From: Eledone cirrhosa
Lineage: Eukaryota
Assembly (NCBI GenBank): GCA_964016885.1
Contig: OZ024743.1
Coordinates: forward strand, 376,278,001-376,342,000
Direction of reading: 5' to 3'
DNA length: 64,000 nt
In this document: piece by piece, positions 32,949 to 45,815 of the stretch
Layout: every line of letters begins with the position of its first letter
Position numbering within the stretch: the stretch's first letter is position 1
Position numbers and translations under genes: made by a program
The notes under the pieces: model-generated
The model's input: only the letters and a program-made list of their open reading frames with translations
Told to the model about the DNA's origin: nothing
Database searches by the model: none

Positions 32949-35042
32949 TTACCGTACTTTTGGTAGAGGAGGGATGGTTTTTACATCCCTTTTCACTTGA
33001 TCGTCTGGTGAAGGGACCGTTGAATCGTCCCTTCGGCTGGTCGTCGGCTCTTCTAAGAGAATGTCTGAGTATACTCTTCGATTGATGGTTCCTCCTAGGT
33101 CCCTGAAATCACCAACTGCGTTGGGGAATTTCGTTTTAATATTTGTGTATTGTTTCTGTGCTATTTTTAGCAGTCTTATGTTAGTTGGCGTTTTGATTGG
33201 TGCTGGTATTATGTAGTCCTGTTGTGAAATGTCTGTGTGTTCAATTATGTAAGTCATTAGTTTCTTGTTGTGTGTATTTATTGCCGTGCATTTGTTTTTC
33301 TGGGGGTGGGGTGTGGTTCTGCTATTTTCTTGTCGTTGTTGCTGGGTGTGTGTGTTTTGTTGTTGTGTTTGCGATGTTGGTGCTTGTGGTGGTGGTGTTG
33401 AAGGTGTTGTTGGCGGTGGGGTTGTCGCCGGTGGTGATGGTGGCGCTAGTGTGGGTGGTGATGGTGTTGGTGTTGTTGCTGCTGTGGGTCTCTTTGCAGT
33501 AGACTTTACCCTTTTCTCATTTCTTTCCTCCCTTTTCAAAGGCGACGATGCGCTGCTTCTGCGTTTGTGCCTTCTTACGACCTTTTGCCATCTCTCTCCC
33601 ACCTCACACTCCATGTCTGATTCTGTGAGGTCGGGGAGGGGTACCAACTCCACTCTTTCACTTGTTGTTGTTGGTGATGTTTGCACTGGAGTCTCTGTTG
33701 CAGCTGCATTTGGTATTGCTGTTGTTGTTGTTAGTATTTCCACTGCTGCTGCTGTTTTTGATTTCCGTGGAGTGGGTATGGGTGCCACGGGCCTATCGTT
33801 CCTGGTTGCCGCTTGTCCTGTTGCTGGTAGCCGTGGAGCCGGATTCGGAAGGAGGGGGGTTTTCTCCTTTCTCAGGGTCTTCTCGTTGCAGAAGGCCCTG
33901 AGGTGAGTCTTCGATCCACAGCGAAAGCATTTCGGGCGTTTGCCCTCAACACTTATGGGCAGTTGAGTGCCGTTATCGAAGTCTATCACATCCGGGATAG
34001 CTTCGATGCACTCCTGGTTGGTTTGGATTAGCATCTCAATGGAGGAGCCGACCCAATCTTCTCTTACTTTTTTCTGTACTTGCAGTACAGTTGTTTTGTC
34101 CTCGATTCCGACGAGGACAGACGCGGCCAGCCAAGAAGGGGTCATTCCGGGGGGGACGTGGGTCAGTTTGACCCTCACAATTTTTTGCCCACAGTAGGAG
34201 GGCACCAACACCATTTCCTCGCTCCTTAGGGTCACTACTGATTGGGCCTTTGCCTCCTGGGGTGTGGCAAAAAGTACGTCTACGGTGGCATATTTTTTGC
34301 CTCGGGTGATGTGCGTTTTCCGCTGCCACACAGACCCCAAGGCTTTTTGTATTTGGGCCTCTGTGGCTCTTTCCACCCTACGGGATTTTGTACTTACTGT
34401 ACGGTACGTGACCGTACAGTGCTCTTGGGTTTCGAAAAAATTTTTCGCTGCCTTGCAGATTGCTCGGTGTCCGTTCTTTGTCACCATCTTCTTCGCTTCC
34501 TCTAATTCCTCATTTGTTATGAGGATTGTTTCCAAGTTTTTCGCAATACCTGCAAATGAGATTGGTTTTTCTCTGCTGTTGTTGTTGTCGTCAGAGCTGC
34601 TGGTACTTTTGTTGTTGCTGCAGGTACTACGACTACTGCCTCCGCCGCTGTTGCTGTGGTTGTTGTTGGTGTTGCTGCTGCTAATGCTGTTGTTGTTTAT
34701 GCTGCTGGTGATGCTGTTGCGGCTGCTACTGTTGTTTTCATTGTCACTGTTGCTGTTGTTATTACGGCTGCTACTGCTATTATTCCTGACGTCAGACGAA
34801 TGAACTGGGTTTTCGTATTTCCCGCACACCTGTTTCGTCGCTGTCGTCGTCGTCGTGGAGAAACCTTGCACGCTTTGCACGAGACTTTTCTTTTCTTTCG
34901 TCACTTGCGAAAGAGAAGGGAGGGAGAGAGACACATTTAAAGAAGGGAGGGAGAGAGACAATCTTCTCTCTGCTGTAGTGATGATTGAGGAAGAAGACGG
35001 AATGAGTGGGAGTGACGTATGAAATTTCTTTTTTGTAGCCAT
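32949..35042 (-). CDS. TxA ORF1p (697 aa)
   Basis: CCHC knuckle; one visible amino-acid difference from A2 (KKFF vs KNFF). Confidence 0.9.
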   Translation of the reverse strand: MATKKKFHTSLPLIPSSSSIITTAERRLSLSLPSLNVSLSLPSLSQVTKEKKSLVQSVQGFSTTTTTATKQVCGKYENPVHSSDVRNNSSSSRNNNSNSDNENNSSSRNSITSSINNNSISSSNTNNNHSNSGGGSSRSTCSNNKSTSSSDDNNNSREKPISFAGIAKNLETILITNEELEEAKKMVTKNGHRAICKAAKNFFETQEHCTVTYRTVSTKSRRVERATEAQIQKALGSVWQRKTHITRGKKYATVDVLFATPQEAKAQSVVTLRSEEMVLVPSYCGQKIVRVKLTHVPPGMTPSWLAASVLVGIEDKTTVLQVQKKVREDWVGSSIEMLIQTNQECIEAIPDVIDFDNGTQLPISVEGKRPKCFRCGSKTHLRAFCNEKTLRKEKTPLLPNPAPRLPATGQAATRNDRPVAPIPTPRKSKTAAAVEILTTTTAIPNAAATETPVQTSPTTTSERVELVPLPDLTESDMECEVGERWQKVVRRHKRRSSASSPLKREERNEKRVKSTAKRPTAATTPTPSPPTLAPPSPPATTPPPTTPSTPPPQAPTSQTQQQNTHTQQQRQENSRTTPHPQKNKCTAINTHNKKLMTYIIEHTDISQQDYIIPAPIKTPTNIRLLKIAQKQYTNIKTKFPNAVGDFRDLGGTINRRVYSDILLEEPTTSRRDDSTVPSPDDQVKRDVKTIPPLPKVR

Positions 35043-35281
35043 GTTGTTTTTTGTTTAAAATGAAATTTTGGGTACAAAACCCCAATAACTGATTATTTAA
35101 CCCCGAAGGGCCAAATAACGGACAGAAAGACCCCTCTCACGAGGAGGAGGGTGTCTTTATCAACAATTTGGTTCAAGTTTTAAACAATTTACAATTGTTT
35201 TAACGGTTAAAAATTACTATGCCTTACAGAGCCGAGCCTCCGTCAACCATGGCATTCAATAATAATAATAATAATAATAAT

Positions 35282-38043
35282 GATAACAAATAATAAAACA
35301 AACTATAAAGTAGGTGAACATGTTAAACAAACTAAACTTAGAAAATTGAAAAGAAAGTACAGTATAAAATCAACAAGTGACATAGACATGCTGATAGAAA
35401 TAATCAAGCAAAAAGTGTCGGCCAAAGCTGCTCGTATAAGACGCTTTGAAAAACGATCTAGAATCTATAAGGACAATAATATGTTCAAAAACAACCAAAG
35501 AAACTTCTACAGAAAAATTGGTAAGTCAACAATAACTGCTAAATCAATACCACCCAAGGAGGAAGTGCAAGAATTCTGGGAAAAGATCTGGGCCGAAGAA
35601 AAAGTTCATAACATACATGCCCCATGGACAGACAGACAAATGAAAGATACAGCTCACCTTGAAGAACAAATATGGGAAAATATAACAGTTGAACAGTTGC
35701 GCTTGGCTCTAAGGAAAACCAGCAAATGGAAATCCCCAGGAAAAGACAAAATACAAAATTTTTGGATAAATGCCTTCACAGAGTCTCACGAGCTGTTAGC
35801 CCAACTTTACAATGAAATAGTTAAGGAGCCAGAAAAGATACCATCATGGCTAGTTAACGGCATTACATTCCTGCTTCCGAAGAATGATGAGACAAACAAT
35901 CCCCAAAATTACAGACCGATAACTTGCTTGACCACAATGTATAACATTTTAACATCAGTCCTAACTGAATATACATATGACCACCTGATAACAAATGACC
36001 TATTTCCCATTGAGCAGAAAGGGTGTAAACGAGGCTCATATGGCTGTAAGGATCAGCTTTTGGTTAACAAAATGATACTGGAAGATTGTCATTATAGACA
36101 CAAAAATCTATCAATTGCTTGGATAGATTATAAAAAAGCATTCGATAGTTTGCCACACAGTTGGATTGAAAAATGTTTAGAGATTTTCAAAATATCCCCC
36201 GTTGTCAGGAGGTTTTTGTCATTCGGTATGAAGACATGGAAAACGATACTCCTTTTGAATAGTGAAACAAAATCACTGGAAGCTGGAGAAGTTAATATTA
36301 ATTGTGGAATTTTTCAGGGTGACTCTTTATCACCGCTTTTATTCTGCATCGCACTTATACCATTAAGTAAAATGCTCAATGAAACAAAACATGGATATAA
36401 AGTCTATGACAAAACCATTAATCACTTGTTCTACATGGATGATGAACAATTGCAAGGGCTATTATCCACTGTGGAGCAGTTCAGTGATGACATTAAAATG
36501 GAGTTTGGACTAGATAAATGCGCCAAAGCAACGTTCACCAGAGGAAAGCTGCTGAAGAGTTCAGACATTAATCTTGATCGGGGGAATGTGATAAGAGAAC
36601 TTGATCAAGAAAAAACTTACAAATATCTAGGTGTTTGTGAAGGAGACGGAATCAAGCACTCGACAATGAGGGAAAGGATAAGGAAGGAATGTTACCGCAG
36701 AGTAAGAGCAATCTTAAGAACGGAATTGAATGCAAGGAATAGGATCGATGCCATAAACACGCTTGCCATACCAGTAGTAACCTACAGTTACAATGTCATC
36801 AACTGGTCAAGCACAGAGATCCGTAGGCTCGATACAAAAATTCAAAAATTCTTAACCATGCACAGAATGCATCACCCTAAGGCAGATACAGATAGAATAT
36901 ATCTCCCTAGGAAAGAAGGAGGACGTGGGTTAATCCAGTTAGACATTGCGTTGAAAACTGCAACAATTGGATTATCTACATATCTAAGGGAATCACATGA
37001 TTGGATGATCAAACTCGTTTTGAAACACGAAAGCATCAAAAGATCATACTCCATTACAAAAGATGCACAAAGATACAGTAATGGACTACACATTCCAGAA
37101 GTCCCATTTACTGCTGAAATGGAAAACACAGAAAAAGCAAAGCAAGTAAAAGTAACCGCAAAGAAAGAACTGCTACAGAAACTGGCTAAGAAATGGCAAG
37201 AAAAGCCTCTGTATGGAAAATACCCAGAAAGAGCTAACAATACTGATGTTGACAAAACTTTAACACATCAGTGGTTGGCATCCTCTGGACTGAAATCGGA
37301 GACTGAAGGACTGATTATATCAGCACAAGATCAGCGTCTGCCAACAAAAATTTACCAAGCCAACATAATAAAAAATGGATGCAACCCATTATGCCGTGTA
37401 TGTAAAAAACAACCAGAGACCATTGATCATATAATTTCAATGTGCAGTCCTATAGCTCCAACCGAATACCTAAACAGGCATGGCAGAGTTGCACAATACA
37501 TACATTGGATAATGTGTAAGCATTTTGACCTGCCCCATCAAAAGAATTGGTGGGAGCATCAACCACCTCCCATACTTGAAAAAGATCACATCTCAATCTT
37601 GTGGAACTTTAGCATCCAAACAGACCGAAAAATAGATGCAAATAGACCTGATATAATACTGAAGGACTTTAAAAACATTTGAAAAATTGAGCAAGTATAA
37701 GGACCTGGAGATAGAAATTGGAAAAATGTAGAAATTGAGAACTAAAACAATACCAGTGGTTGTAGGCGCTCTGGGAATGATACCTAAGGGGTCTAATGAT
37801 TACTTATCGCAAATCCCAGGAAACCCGCGTATAAGAGAAATACAAAAGATAGTACTAATGGGAACTGCCCATATACTAAGGAAGATTCTGTCAATTTAAG
37901 TACATCACAAGTCTAAACACCTAAAGATGCATGTGTAAGTATGTATGTTCTTTCTTGAACATGGCAGACCTTGTTGTCTCTTGAGGTCACTGGTTGTGAC
38001 TTGGTGATAACTCGTATGAACATAAAGCAAGATAAATACAGCT
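35282..38043 (+). mobile_element. DongA copy 2, 5'-truncated; 800-codon open frame 35280-37682, catalytically damaged
   Basis: Duplicate of 22409-25157 without the 13-bp deletion. Confidence 0.9.
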
Positions 38044-38069
38044 ATAATAATAATAATAATAATAATAAT

Positions 38070-38148
38070 TGTTTCTATTTTAGGCACAAGGCCAGCAATT
38101 ATCCAGTACATTACTGGTACTTTATTTTATCGACCGCGTAAGGATGAA
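38070..38148 (-). mobile_element. SINE 3' fragment (duplicate of 25184-25262)
   Basis: Same sequence at +12886. Confidence 0.8.
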
Positions 38149-39756
38149 ATGATTTCATCTATTAGCCACAAAAGCCGACATGTAGGGGACAATACAAAGC
38201 TTCTCCGAGTGCGTCATCGCACTTGCCCACCACTAATCCTCTATAGAATTCGAGAGTGGAAGTTCCACTGATCGCATTGCCCGCTAGGTAGAGGGCAGTG
38301 AATGCCTGGCAACATTCCAGGTGCCAGTCACCCAGTCTCGGTCTCTTCTTGACCCAGGACTGCAGCTCAGTCAAAGAAACGAGCTGCGGAAAGGCCCGTC
38401 TGATAAACGGCGACCACACCTGTTCACCGTTTAGGCAGAATATCTTGAGATGTCGTATGGAGCTGGCTGGGATTGCGCAAGTTTGCGCCTCCCCAACCAA
38501 ATCCTCGACGACAAACGCCAATCTCTTTGCTAACACCTTGGCCAAAATCTTAAACTCTGTGTTGAGCAGAGTTATGGGCCTGAAGTTGTTCTCGTCTTTC
38601 CTTATCAGCGTCACCACTCACCTGCTCACAGAACTGGGAATACTCCCATTCTGCTGCCAGTTGCAGTAGAGTGCTTCGAGGAGATCGGAGAACAAGTATG
38701 GCATATTTATGTAAAGCTTGTAGGGCAGGCCATCCAAACCGGGTGACTTGCGCCTCATGCAGCCGACAAGGCGTCCTGAATTTCGGCTGAAGTAATCGGC
38801 CTTTCGCAGCGCTCAGCGTCGACCGTCGAGATGCGCGGCAAGCTGTCAAGGTAGGGATTGAAATCCGGTACTCTCTCTGACTCGCCGCTCTCCCCGAACA
38901 ACCGAGCAAAGTGCTGGCGAAAGGCCACACACATCCGCTTGGAATCGCTTATCTCGTGTCCGTTTCGGTCCGCCAAAGACCGAATTGTGGTTTTAATACC
39001 ACGCTGCGCCTCCGCGACGCGGGCCCATCGAACAGCTTTGGTACCCTCGTTTCTCAGCGCACGCGCCTTAGCTCTGACAATGTAACCTTCGAGTTTCGCA
39101 TTGAAGAAATGGTCTAATGCCATTCTCGCCGCTAGCATGTCAGTTGCAATGCCACTACAAATAGCCTCGTCTAACTTATCTACCAGCTCCCCCTCCTTTC
39201 TATTTTTCTCTAACGCTAGTTCTTTGCTGAACTCTATCGAAGTTACTCTAATCTCTCTTTTGAGAACCCCCCCATCTGTTGTTGATGATCCCCCCAGTCA
39301 ACCTTTGCGTAACTAAATTGTTGACTCGGTCCCTGTAAGCCTTACGTGCCGGAAATGACATGTTCAGCTTCCAGTAACCCGGTCCCAACCTCCGCGTTTT
39401 ATCTAAGTCGACCATACAGATCACAAATTTATGATCTGAATAGGCGACCGTTTTAAAAAGTGAGCAGCCTACACTATTTCTATCTATTTTCCTAGTGAAG
39501 ATCCTGTCTATATACGATCTAGATGACCCCATTCGGTTGGTCCATGTCCATACTGGCTCATTGGGGAAATCTAGTCGATACCTATCAGACAGTTGGAATT
39601 GGCTGAGTAGATGCTTGAGGCTTTTACACCCCCCGCTCCTATCAGCTACTTCCACACAATCCCAGCGTGCGTCTAAGATGCCATTCCAGTACCCCGCTAA
39701 CAGTAAAGGGCGAGACGTACCCAGAAAGGTCTCCAGGCGCCTAAAAAAGTCCGGCA
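38149..39756 (-). mobile_element. TxB copy B3 (duplicate of B2)
   Basis: Same deletions and junctions as B2. Confidence 0.88.
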
Positions 39757-42047
39757 AGTGAACAGACACACCAACAAACTGATTTGAGTATCACAGTTGA
39801 AACTCTTAAGGGGCAGGCCAAAAATCTAACCAACTGGAAATCACCTGGCCCAGATGGTGTGCAGGGGTATTGGAGTAAAAATATAACATCCCTCCACCCG
39901 AAACTGACAACCATGTTCAATGACTGCTTGATGTCAGGTGAGGTACGAGAGTGGTTGACAAAAGGTACCACAGTTCTGGTAATGAAAGACCGAATCAAGG
40001 GTAATGATGTTACCAACTATAGACCTATCACATGTCTGTCCGTAATGTGGAAACTGTTAACAAGCATTGTGTCTGAGGAAATCTACTATCACCTCCACAC
40101 AAACAACTTGTTACCGGACGAACAGAAAGGATGCCGAAAGAAGTCCCGTGGTACAAAGGACCAGTTACTTATTGATAAGATGGTAATGAGGAATTGCAAG
40201 AGGAGACACACTGGTCTTGCCATGGGATGGATAGACTACAAAAAGGCATTTGACATGGTGCCTCATTCTTGGATAACCAAAAGCCTAGAGATCTTCAAGG
40301 TGGCAGATAACATCAGACAGTTGTTGAGAAAAAGTATGAAGTCCTGGAAAACAGAGTTAACATCAGCTGGAGAATCCTTGGGAGGCGTGAAGATCAGGAG
40401 AGTTATCTTCCAGGGAGATAGTCTGTCCCCTCTGTTGTTTGTCCTTGCCCTGATGCTCCTGACCATTATACTGCGAAAAGTGGGAGCAGGATACAAGTTG
40501 GGAAAGGGAGAGCTTACTATCAATCACCTCCTCTTCATGGACGATCTTAAGCTCTTCGGGAAGAGTGAGAAGGAGCTGGATGTGCTTGTTGACACTGTCT
40601 GTATTTTCAGCAATGATATATGTATGCAATTTGGTATTAGTAAGTGTGGAGTCCTTGTGATGAAGAGGGGGTAAATTGAGCAGAACCAACGGAATCCAGG
40701 TACCAACAGGTGAGATGATAAAGGAAATTGACACTGAAGAAGGATACAAGTATTTGGGTGTTCTGGAGGCTGATGACATCAAGAACAAAAAAATGAAGGA
40801 ATTGATAAGACCTGAATACATTCGGAGAGTAAGGAGCGTATTAAAGTCACATCTGAACAGTAGGAATGCCATAAGTGCAGTAAATTCCCGAGCTGTGTCT
40901 ATTATTATGTAGAGTGCGGGAATTCTGAGATGGAATGTTGCTGAACAAAAAGAAATGGATAGGAAGACTAGGAAGCTATTGACTATCTACAATATGTTCC
41001 ACAAGAGGAGTGATGTCGATAGACTCTACTTAAGGAGATCTGAAGGTGGAAGAGGTCTTATCAGCATAGAGGACTGTGTTCAGATGGAGAAAAACAACCT
41101 ACACAAATACGTGACTGATAGTAAGGAGCCAATGCTCAGAATTGTACTGAAGGAGAGGACAATAGACCAGGGGATGTCCAAGGAGGAAATAACAACGAGG
41201 AGGAGAAAGAGCAGCCTTCATAAAAGATCCCTTCATAGTACCTTCTTTGAGAAAACTGAATTCAGAGATCCACAGACATGGAACTGGTTGAAAAGAGGAG
41301 ACCTTAAAAAGGCTACAGAAGGTATGCTAATATCTGCGCAAGACCAGGCCCTCAAAACGAAGTGGCTGAAACACCATATTTACAAGGAGGAGACTAGCCC
41401 ACTGTGCAGGATCTGTGGAGAGAGAGAGAGGAGACTGTGGCTCACATTGTATCCGAGTGTAAACACCTAGCCCAGACTCACTATAAAGGCTGGAGACATG
41501 ATGTGATGGGCAGGGTGATCCACTGGCACCTATGCAAAGTAAACAATTTACCACATTCTGAGAAGTGGTATGAGCATAAGCCAGAGGCGGTGATAGAAAA
41601 CGATCAGGTGAAGGTGCTGTGGGATTTTAAGATACAGACGGACAAGAAACTGGAACACAATAGACATGACCTGGTGGTTTTGGACAAGGAAAAAAGATCG
41701 TGCCTGATTGTGGATGTGGCCTGCCCATTCGACACGAGAGTGCAAGAGAAGGAGAGGGAGAAAATTAACCGATACCAGGACGTAAAGTGGGAGGTAAAAA
41801 GGATTTGGAACTGCCATGAAGTCAAAGTGGTCCCGATTGTCATAGGCGCACTAGGTACTATCTCAAAAAAGTTTCCAGGGATGGTTAAAGAAAATTGGCC
41901 CCGCCTCGCTTTTTGGAACACTTCAAAAGGCATGCTTGCTGGGAACAGCAAGAACCCTCCGATACGTCCTGAATATCTGAGGCTGCAGGTAGTGGCTTTC
42001 AACAAACTTTCCAGTTAACTAACATCAATGACTGAGACTCAAAGAAC
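39757..42047 (+). mobile_element. DongB copy 2 (duplicate)
   Basis: Near-identical to 26871-29161 (KIKRV vs KIRRV). Confidence 0.9.
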
Positions 42048-42100
<53 letters not shown>

Positions 42101-42360
42101 TTTCTTTATTAACCACAAGGGTTTACATAAAGTAGACATTAAGGACAGTGCAGGACAATGCAGGACGGTACAAATGGGCATTTCTGCGTGTAAAAAAACA
42201 AAAATAGAGGATGTAACAAAAATAACAATGAAAATAACAATGAAAAATTCCCCAATAGGGGGGAGACTTCGGAGGGACATTTGTGGAGAAAGCCCAGTAA
42301 AAAGCCACAATGACCCTGACCACCAAGGCAAGTGCCCTCTCCCAGTTTTCCACCTTTAGT

Positions 42361-45300
42361 TTACAGATATATACTCAGAGTCGGCCCATTCACTCGGGCC
42401 ATTCTTGCTTCTCTCACCCATCTTTCAACAAAATGCTGGGAAGAGAGCACTTCCTTCTCTACTCTGATTTTCCTTTTCAAATGAAATTTGAAAAAGTCAA
42501 TCAGAGCATCACCGAAGAGGTAAGTGCTCGTCTTCAGCCCTTTCAAACGTGTCCACCATACTATCTCTTTCGCCATGGCCACCAGACAGATAAAAACTGC
42601 CTGCCCTTCCCGGCTAAAGGAGGAGGGCGGGGCAATCCTCACGATAGACTCAGATGATAGCTGGATCCGTCCTAAACGCGACAGCAGGTGTTCGACATAA
42701 ACCCACAAGTCAGCAATTTTCGGACACTGGACGAGTGCGTGCAGGACGGTTTCGTCGCCCTGCGCGCATCTCGGACATGCCCGGCTGACGGCACCTCCAT
42801 GCCTGTAGAGTTTATCCCGAACTGGCAAGGCTCCTCGGTAGCACTGCCAGGCCAGAGATTTCTGGAAGTTGTCCATAGGCCCTGGCCCGAAGGTTCTTCC
42901 GAAGAGATTGGCTAGTTGATTTTCGTCGACGCCTAGAGTTTCCCCAAGTACGTCGTCGCTCTTCCCCTCCACTAATCCTCTATAGAACGCCGAGGTGGAG
43001 TTTCCACCGATCACATTGCCCGATTGGTCGAGGGCTGTGAGCGCCTGAAGACATTCCAGTCTCCAGGCGCTCCCTCTCGGTCTTCGCTTGACCCAGGACT
43101 GCAGCTCCGTCAAGGAAACGAGCTGGGGAAAAACGCGTCTAGCAAACGGCGACCACACCTGATCACCGTCGAGGAAGAGGTGGAGATGTCGTAGCCTGAG
43201 CGCGTGCCTGCGCATCATCAGCCACGGCATGCCCAGCCCTCCACGTAGCGGGTGTTGACAACAGATGGACCGCCTGACCATCGGAGCACGTCCCTTCCAC
43301 AAAAAGCGAAAGAGCAAACGCTCCAGCGCAGTCAGGCGAGGCTTAGGACAAGGTACGACGGTTAGGCGGTAGCAGATGACAGACGCGATGTACGCGTTAG
43401 CCACCTCCGCTCGACCTTTCAGGGATAGCTTCCTCTCCGCCCATTTCTGGGTGAGAGAAGCCACCCTGCTCGTCACCTCGTCCCAGTTTTTGTCCGTCTG
43501 GAGGTCCGGACCGAACCAGACCCCTAGCAATTTAACCGGTCCGTCCGTCCAGCGTCCGACGACGCTGTTGGACGGCATGGACCTGCCTCTCCAGGTGCCG
43601 AGCTGCAGGCCCACTGACTTTTCCTGGTTGATCATTGCTCCTGTCACCGCTTCGTATTCTCTTAGTGTAGTGCCGATCGCCTCGATGTGTTTGGCGTTCG
43701 ACACCACTACGGTGACATCGTCCGCATATGCTGATACGGATCTTCCGCATCCTAGTTCGCGCGGGACCCCCCTCAACGTCTCCAGTTTGTGCAGTAATGG
43801 CTCGAGAGTCAATACGTACAAGAGGGACGAGAGGGGACATCCTTGGCGGACCGAGCGCATGATGTTGAACGGTTCCGACAGGTGACCGTTCACTCTCACC
43901 ACAGAGCAGATGTCGCTGTGGATGGCAGCGATCCAGCCTCTGAAGACGGGCCCAAAGCCAGCCGCCCTCAGGACTGCCGCTAGGTAACGATGGTCGACCC
44001 TATCGAAAGCTTTCGACTGATCTAAATTGATCAAGGACCCACCCGTGCCAGGTTCCCTAGCTACCCTCTCTACGATGTATCGCATGAGGTGGAGGTTGTC
44101 GTGGATGGATCTGTCGGGAATGGCGCATGTCTGCGCCTCTCCCACCAGACCATCAACGACAAGCGCCAACCTCTTTGCTAGCACCTTGGCCAAAATCTTA
44201 AACTCTGTGTTTAGCAGAGTTATGGGCCGGAAATTTTCTATGTTATCCCCCTTGTTCGGATTCTTTCTCAGCAGTGCCACCGCTCCTCGGCTCACAGAAC
44301 TGGGAATTCTCCCGTTCTGTTGCCAGTTGCAGTAGACGTCCGCCAAGAGGCCTCCGAACAAGTCTGGCATCTGTACGTAAAGTTCATAGGGCAGACCATC
44401 CAAACCAGGCGATTTACCCCTTGTGCAGCCAGTCATTGCCTCCCTTACTTCAGCGGCTGTTATCGGCTTTTCGCAACACTTCGCCTCAGTGGCCGAGAGC
44501 CGCGGCAGTCCGTCGAGGTAGACACTAAAGTCCATTCCTCTACCCGGCCCACCGCTGCCCCCGAACAGCTGAGCGAAGTGTCGCTGAAAAGCTTCACACA
44601 TTTGCCCGGGATCGAGTAGCATGCGCCCGTCGTGGTCCACCAAAGACCGGATCGTGGCTTTGTTGCCACGACGCGCCTCCGCCACTCGGGCCCATTGAAC
44701 GGCTTTCGTCCCCTCGTGTCTGAGAGCACGCACCCTTGCTCTGACAACGCAGCCTTCGTGCTTTGCATTGAAGAATTGGTCAAGGGCCAATTTCGCCGCA
44801 AGCACGTCGGTCGCAATGCCTTTGCTAAGCGCCTCGTCTAATTTTCTAACTAGTTCTCCCTCTGCTCTATTTTTCTCTATTGCTAAAGCCTTACTAAATC
44901 TAATCGATTCTATTCTAATCGCTCTTTTCAGAGCAAACCACCACTTGTTGTTGACGATGGCCCCCGTCAACGCCCGCTTAACTAGTTCGCTAATCCGGTC
45001 TCTGTAGGCCTTGCGCGCTGGTAAGGACGCGTTTAGCTTCCAGTAGCCGGGTCCTCGTCTATGAAGCCTATCTAAGTCAAGCACACAGATCACGAATTTG
45101 TGGTCCGTGTAGCTGACTATCTTGAATTGTGGACAGCCTATGCTAGACCTATCTATTTCCCTACAAAATACTCTATCTAGATATGATCTGGATGACCCTA
45201 TGCGGTTTGTCCAAGTCCACATTGGCACATTCGGGAAATCCAATCGGTACCTGTCAGACAGTTCAAAACGCCTGAGCAGGTTGGTGAGGCTCTTGCACCC

Positions 45301-45780
45301 TCCACCCCTATCCGCTAATCCCACACAGTCCCAGCGTGCATCTAAGATCCCGTTCCAGTCGCCCACTAACACTAAAGAGCGCGACGTTCCAAGAAAGGTC
45401 TCCAGACGCCGGAAGAAATCAGGCCGCCCTGCTCCTGTCGGGGCATAGACGGCCACTAGCCTGAAAGCTTGCCCGTCTCCGCTGGTCACGTCCAACACCA
45501 CCAGCTTACCCTCTGGGTCCAGGAAGATGGCCCGTATGGCGAGATCCAAACCTCTCCGAAAAAGTACAGCAACTCCTCCACCGGATCCAGGACGGCTGGG
45601 AGATGCGTACACATCGTAGCCGCCGAAGATCGGTGCGAAGGCCCGTGCTTCGGAGATTCTGGTCTCGCTGATGGCCACTACATCTATGTTTAGTGACCTG
45701 AGGTCGTTGAGCAGGTGACCCTGCTTCCATGACGACCCCAAGCCACGCGCATTTATGCTGCCTATTCTGAGTGAGGTCAT
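42361..45780 (-). CDS. TxA ORF2p APE-RT-CCHC (1139 aa)
   Basis: All catalytic motifs present; a few substitutions relative to A2/A3. Confidence 0.95.
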   Translation of the reverse strand: MTSLRIGSINARGLGSSWKQGHLLNDLRSLNIDVVAISETRISEARAFAPIFGGYDVYASPSRPGSGGGVAVLFRRGLDLAIRAIFLDPEGKLVVLDVTSGDGQAFRLVAVYAPTGAGRPDFFRRLETFLGTSRSLVLVGDWNGILDARWDCVGLADRGGGCKSLTNLLRRFELSDRYRLDFPNVPMWTWTNRIGSSRSYLDRVFCREIDRSSIGCPQFKIVSYTDHKFVICVLDLDRLHRRGPGYWKLNASLPARKAYRDRISELVKRALTGAIVNNKWWFALKRAIRIESIRFSKALAIEKNRAEGELVRKLDEALSKGIATDVLAAKLALDQFFNAKHEGCVVRARVRALRHEGTKAVQWARVAEARRGNKATIRSLVDHDGRMLLDPGQMCEAFQRHFAQLFGGSGGPGRGMDFSVYLDGLPRLSATEAKCCEKPITAAEVREAMTGCTRGKSPGLDGLPYELYVQMPDLFGGLLADVYCNWQQNGRIPSSVSRGAVALLRKNPNKGDNIENFRPITLLNTEFKILAKVLAKRLALVVDGLVGEAQTCAIPDRSIHDNLHLMRYIVERVAREPGTGGSLINLDQSKAFDRVDHRYLAAVLRAAGFGPVFRGWIAAIHSDICSVVRVNGHLSEPFNIMRSVRQGCPLSSLLYVLTLEPLLHKLETLRGVPRELGCGRSVSAYADDVTVVVSNAKHIEAIGTTLREYEAVTGAMINQEKSVGLQLGTWRGRSMPSNSVVGRWTDGPVKLLGVWFGPDLQTDKNWDEVTSRVASLTQKWAERKLSLKGRAEVANAYIASVICYRLTVVPCPKPRLTALERLLFRFLWKGRAPMVRRSICCQHPLRGGLGMPWLMMRRHALRLRHLHLFLDGDQVWSPFARRVFPQLVSLTELQSWVKRRPRGSAWRLECLQALTALDQSGNVIGGNSTSAFYRGLVEGKSDDVLGETLGVDENQLANLFGRTFGPGPMDNFQKSLAWQCYRGALPVRDKLYRHGGAVSRACPRCAQGDETVLHALVQCPKIADLWVYVEHLLSRLGRIQLSSESIVRIAPPSSFSREGQAVFICLVAMAKEIVWWTRLKGLKTSTYLFGDALIDFFKFHLKRKIRVEKEVLSSQHFVERWVREARMARVNGPTLSIYL

Positions 45781-45815
45781 GTTTAAAATAGAGTGGAAAA
45801 GATGGGAAAGACCAC

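Larger units (their letters stand above)
29231..35257 (-). mobile_element. TxA copy A3, full length, both ORFs intact (A4/A2 recombinant)
   Basis: 12873-bp offset from A2; near-identical sequence. Confidence 0.96.
16780..42520. repeat. Tandem segmental duplication, two units of ~12.87 kb (boundaries approximate)
   Basis: Constant offsets of 12873/12886 bp across TxA, DongA, SINE, TxB and DongB. Confidence 0.93.
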
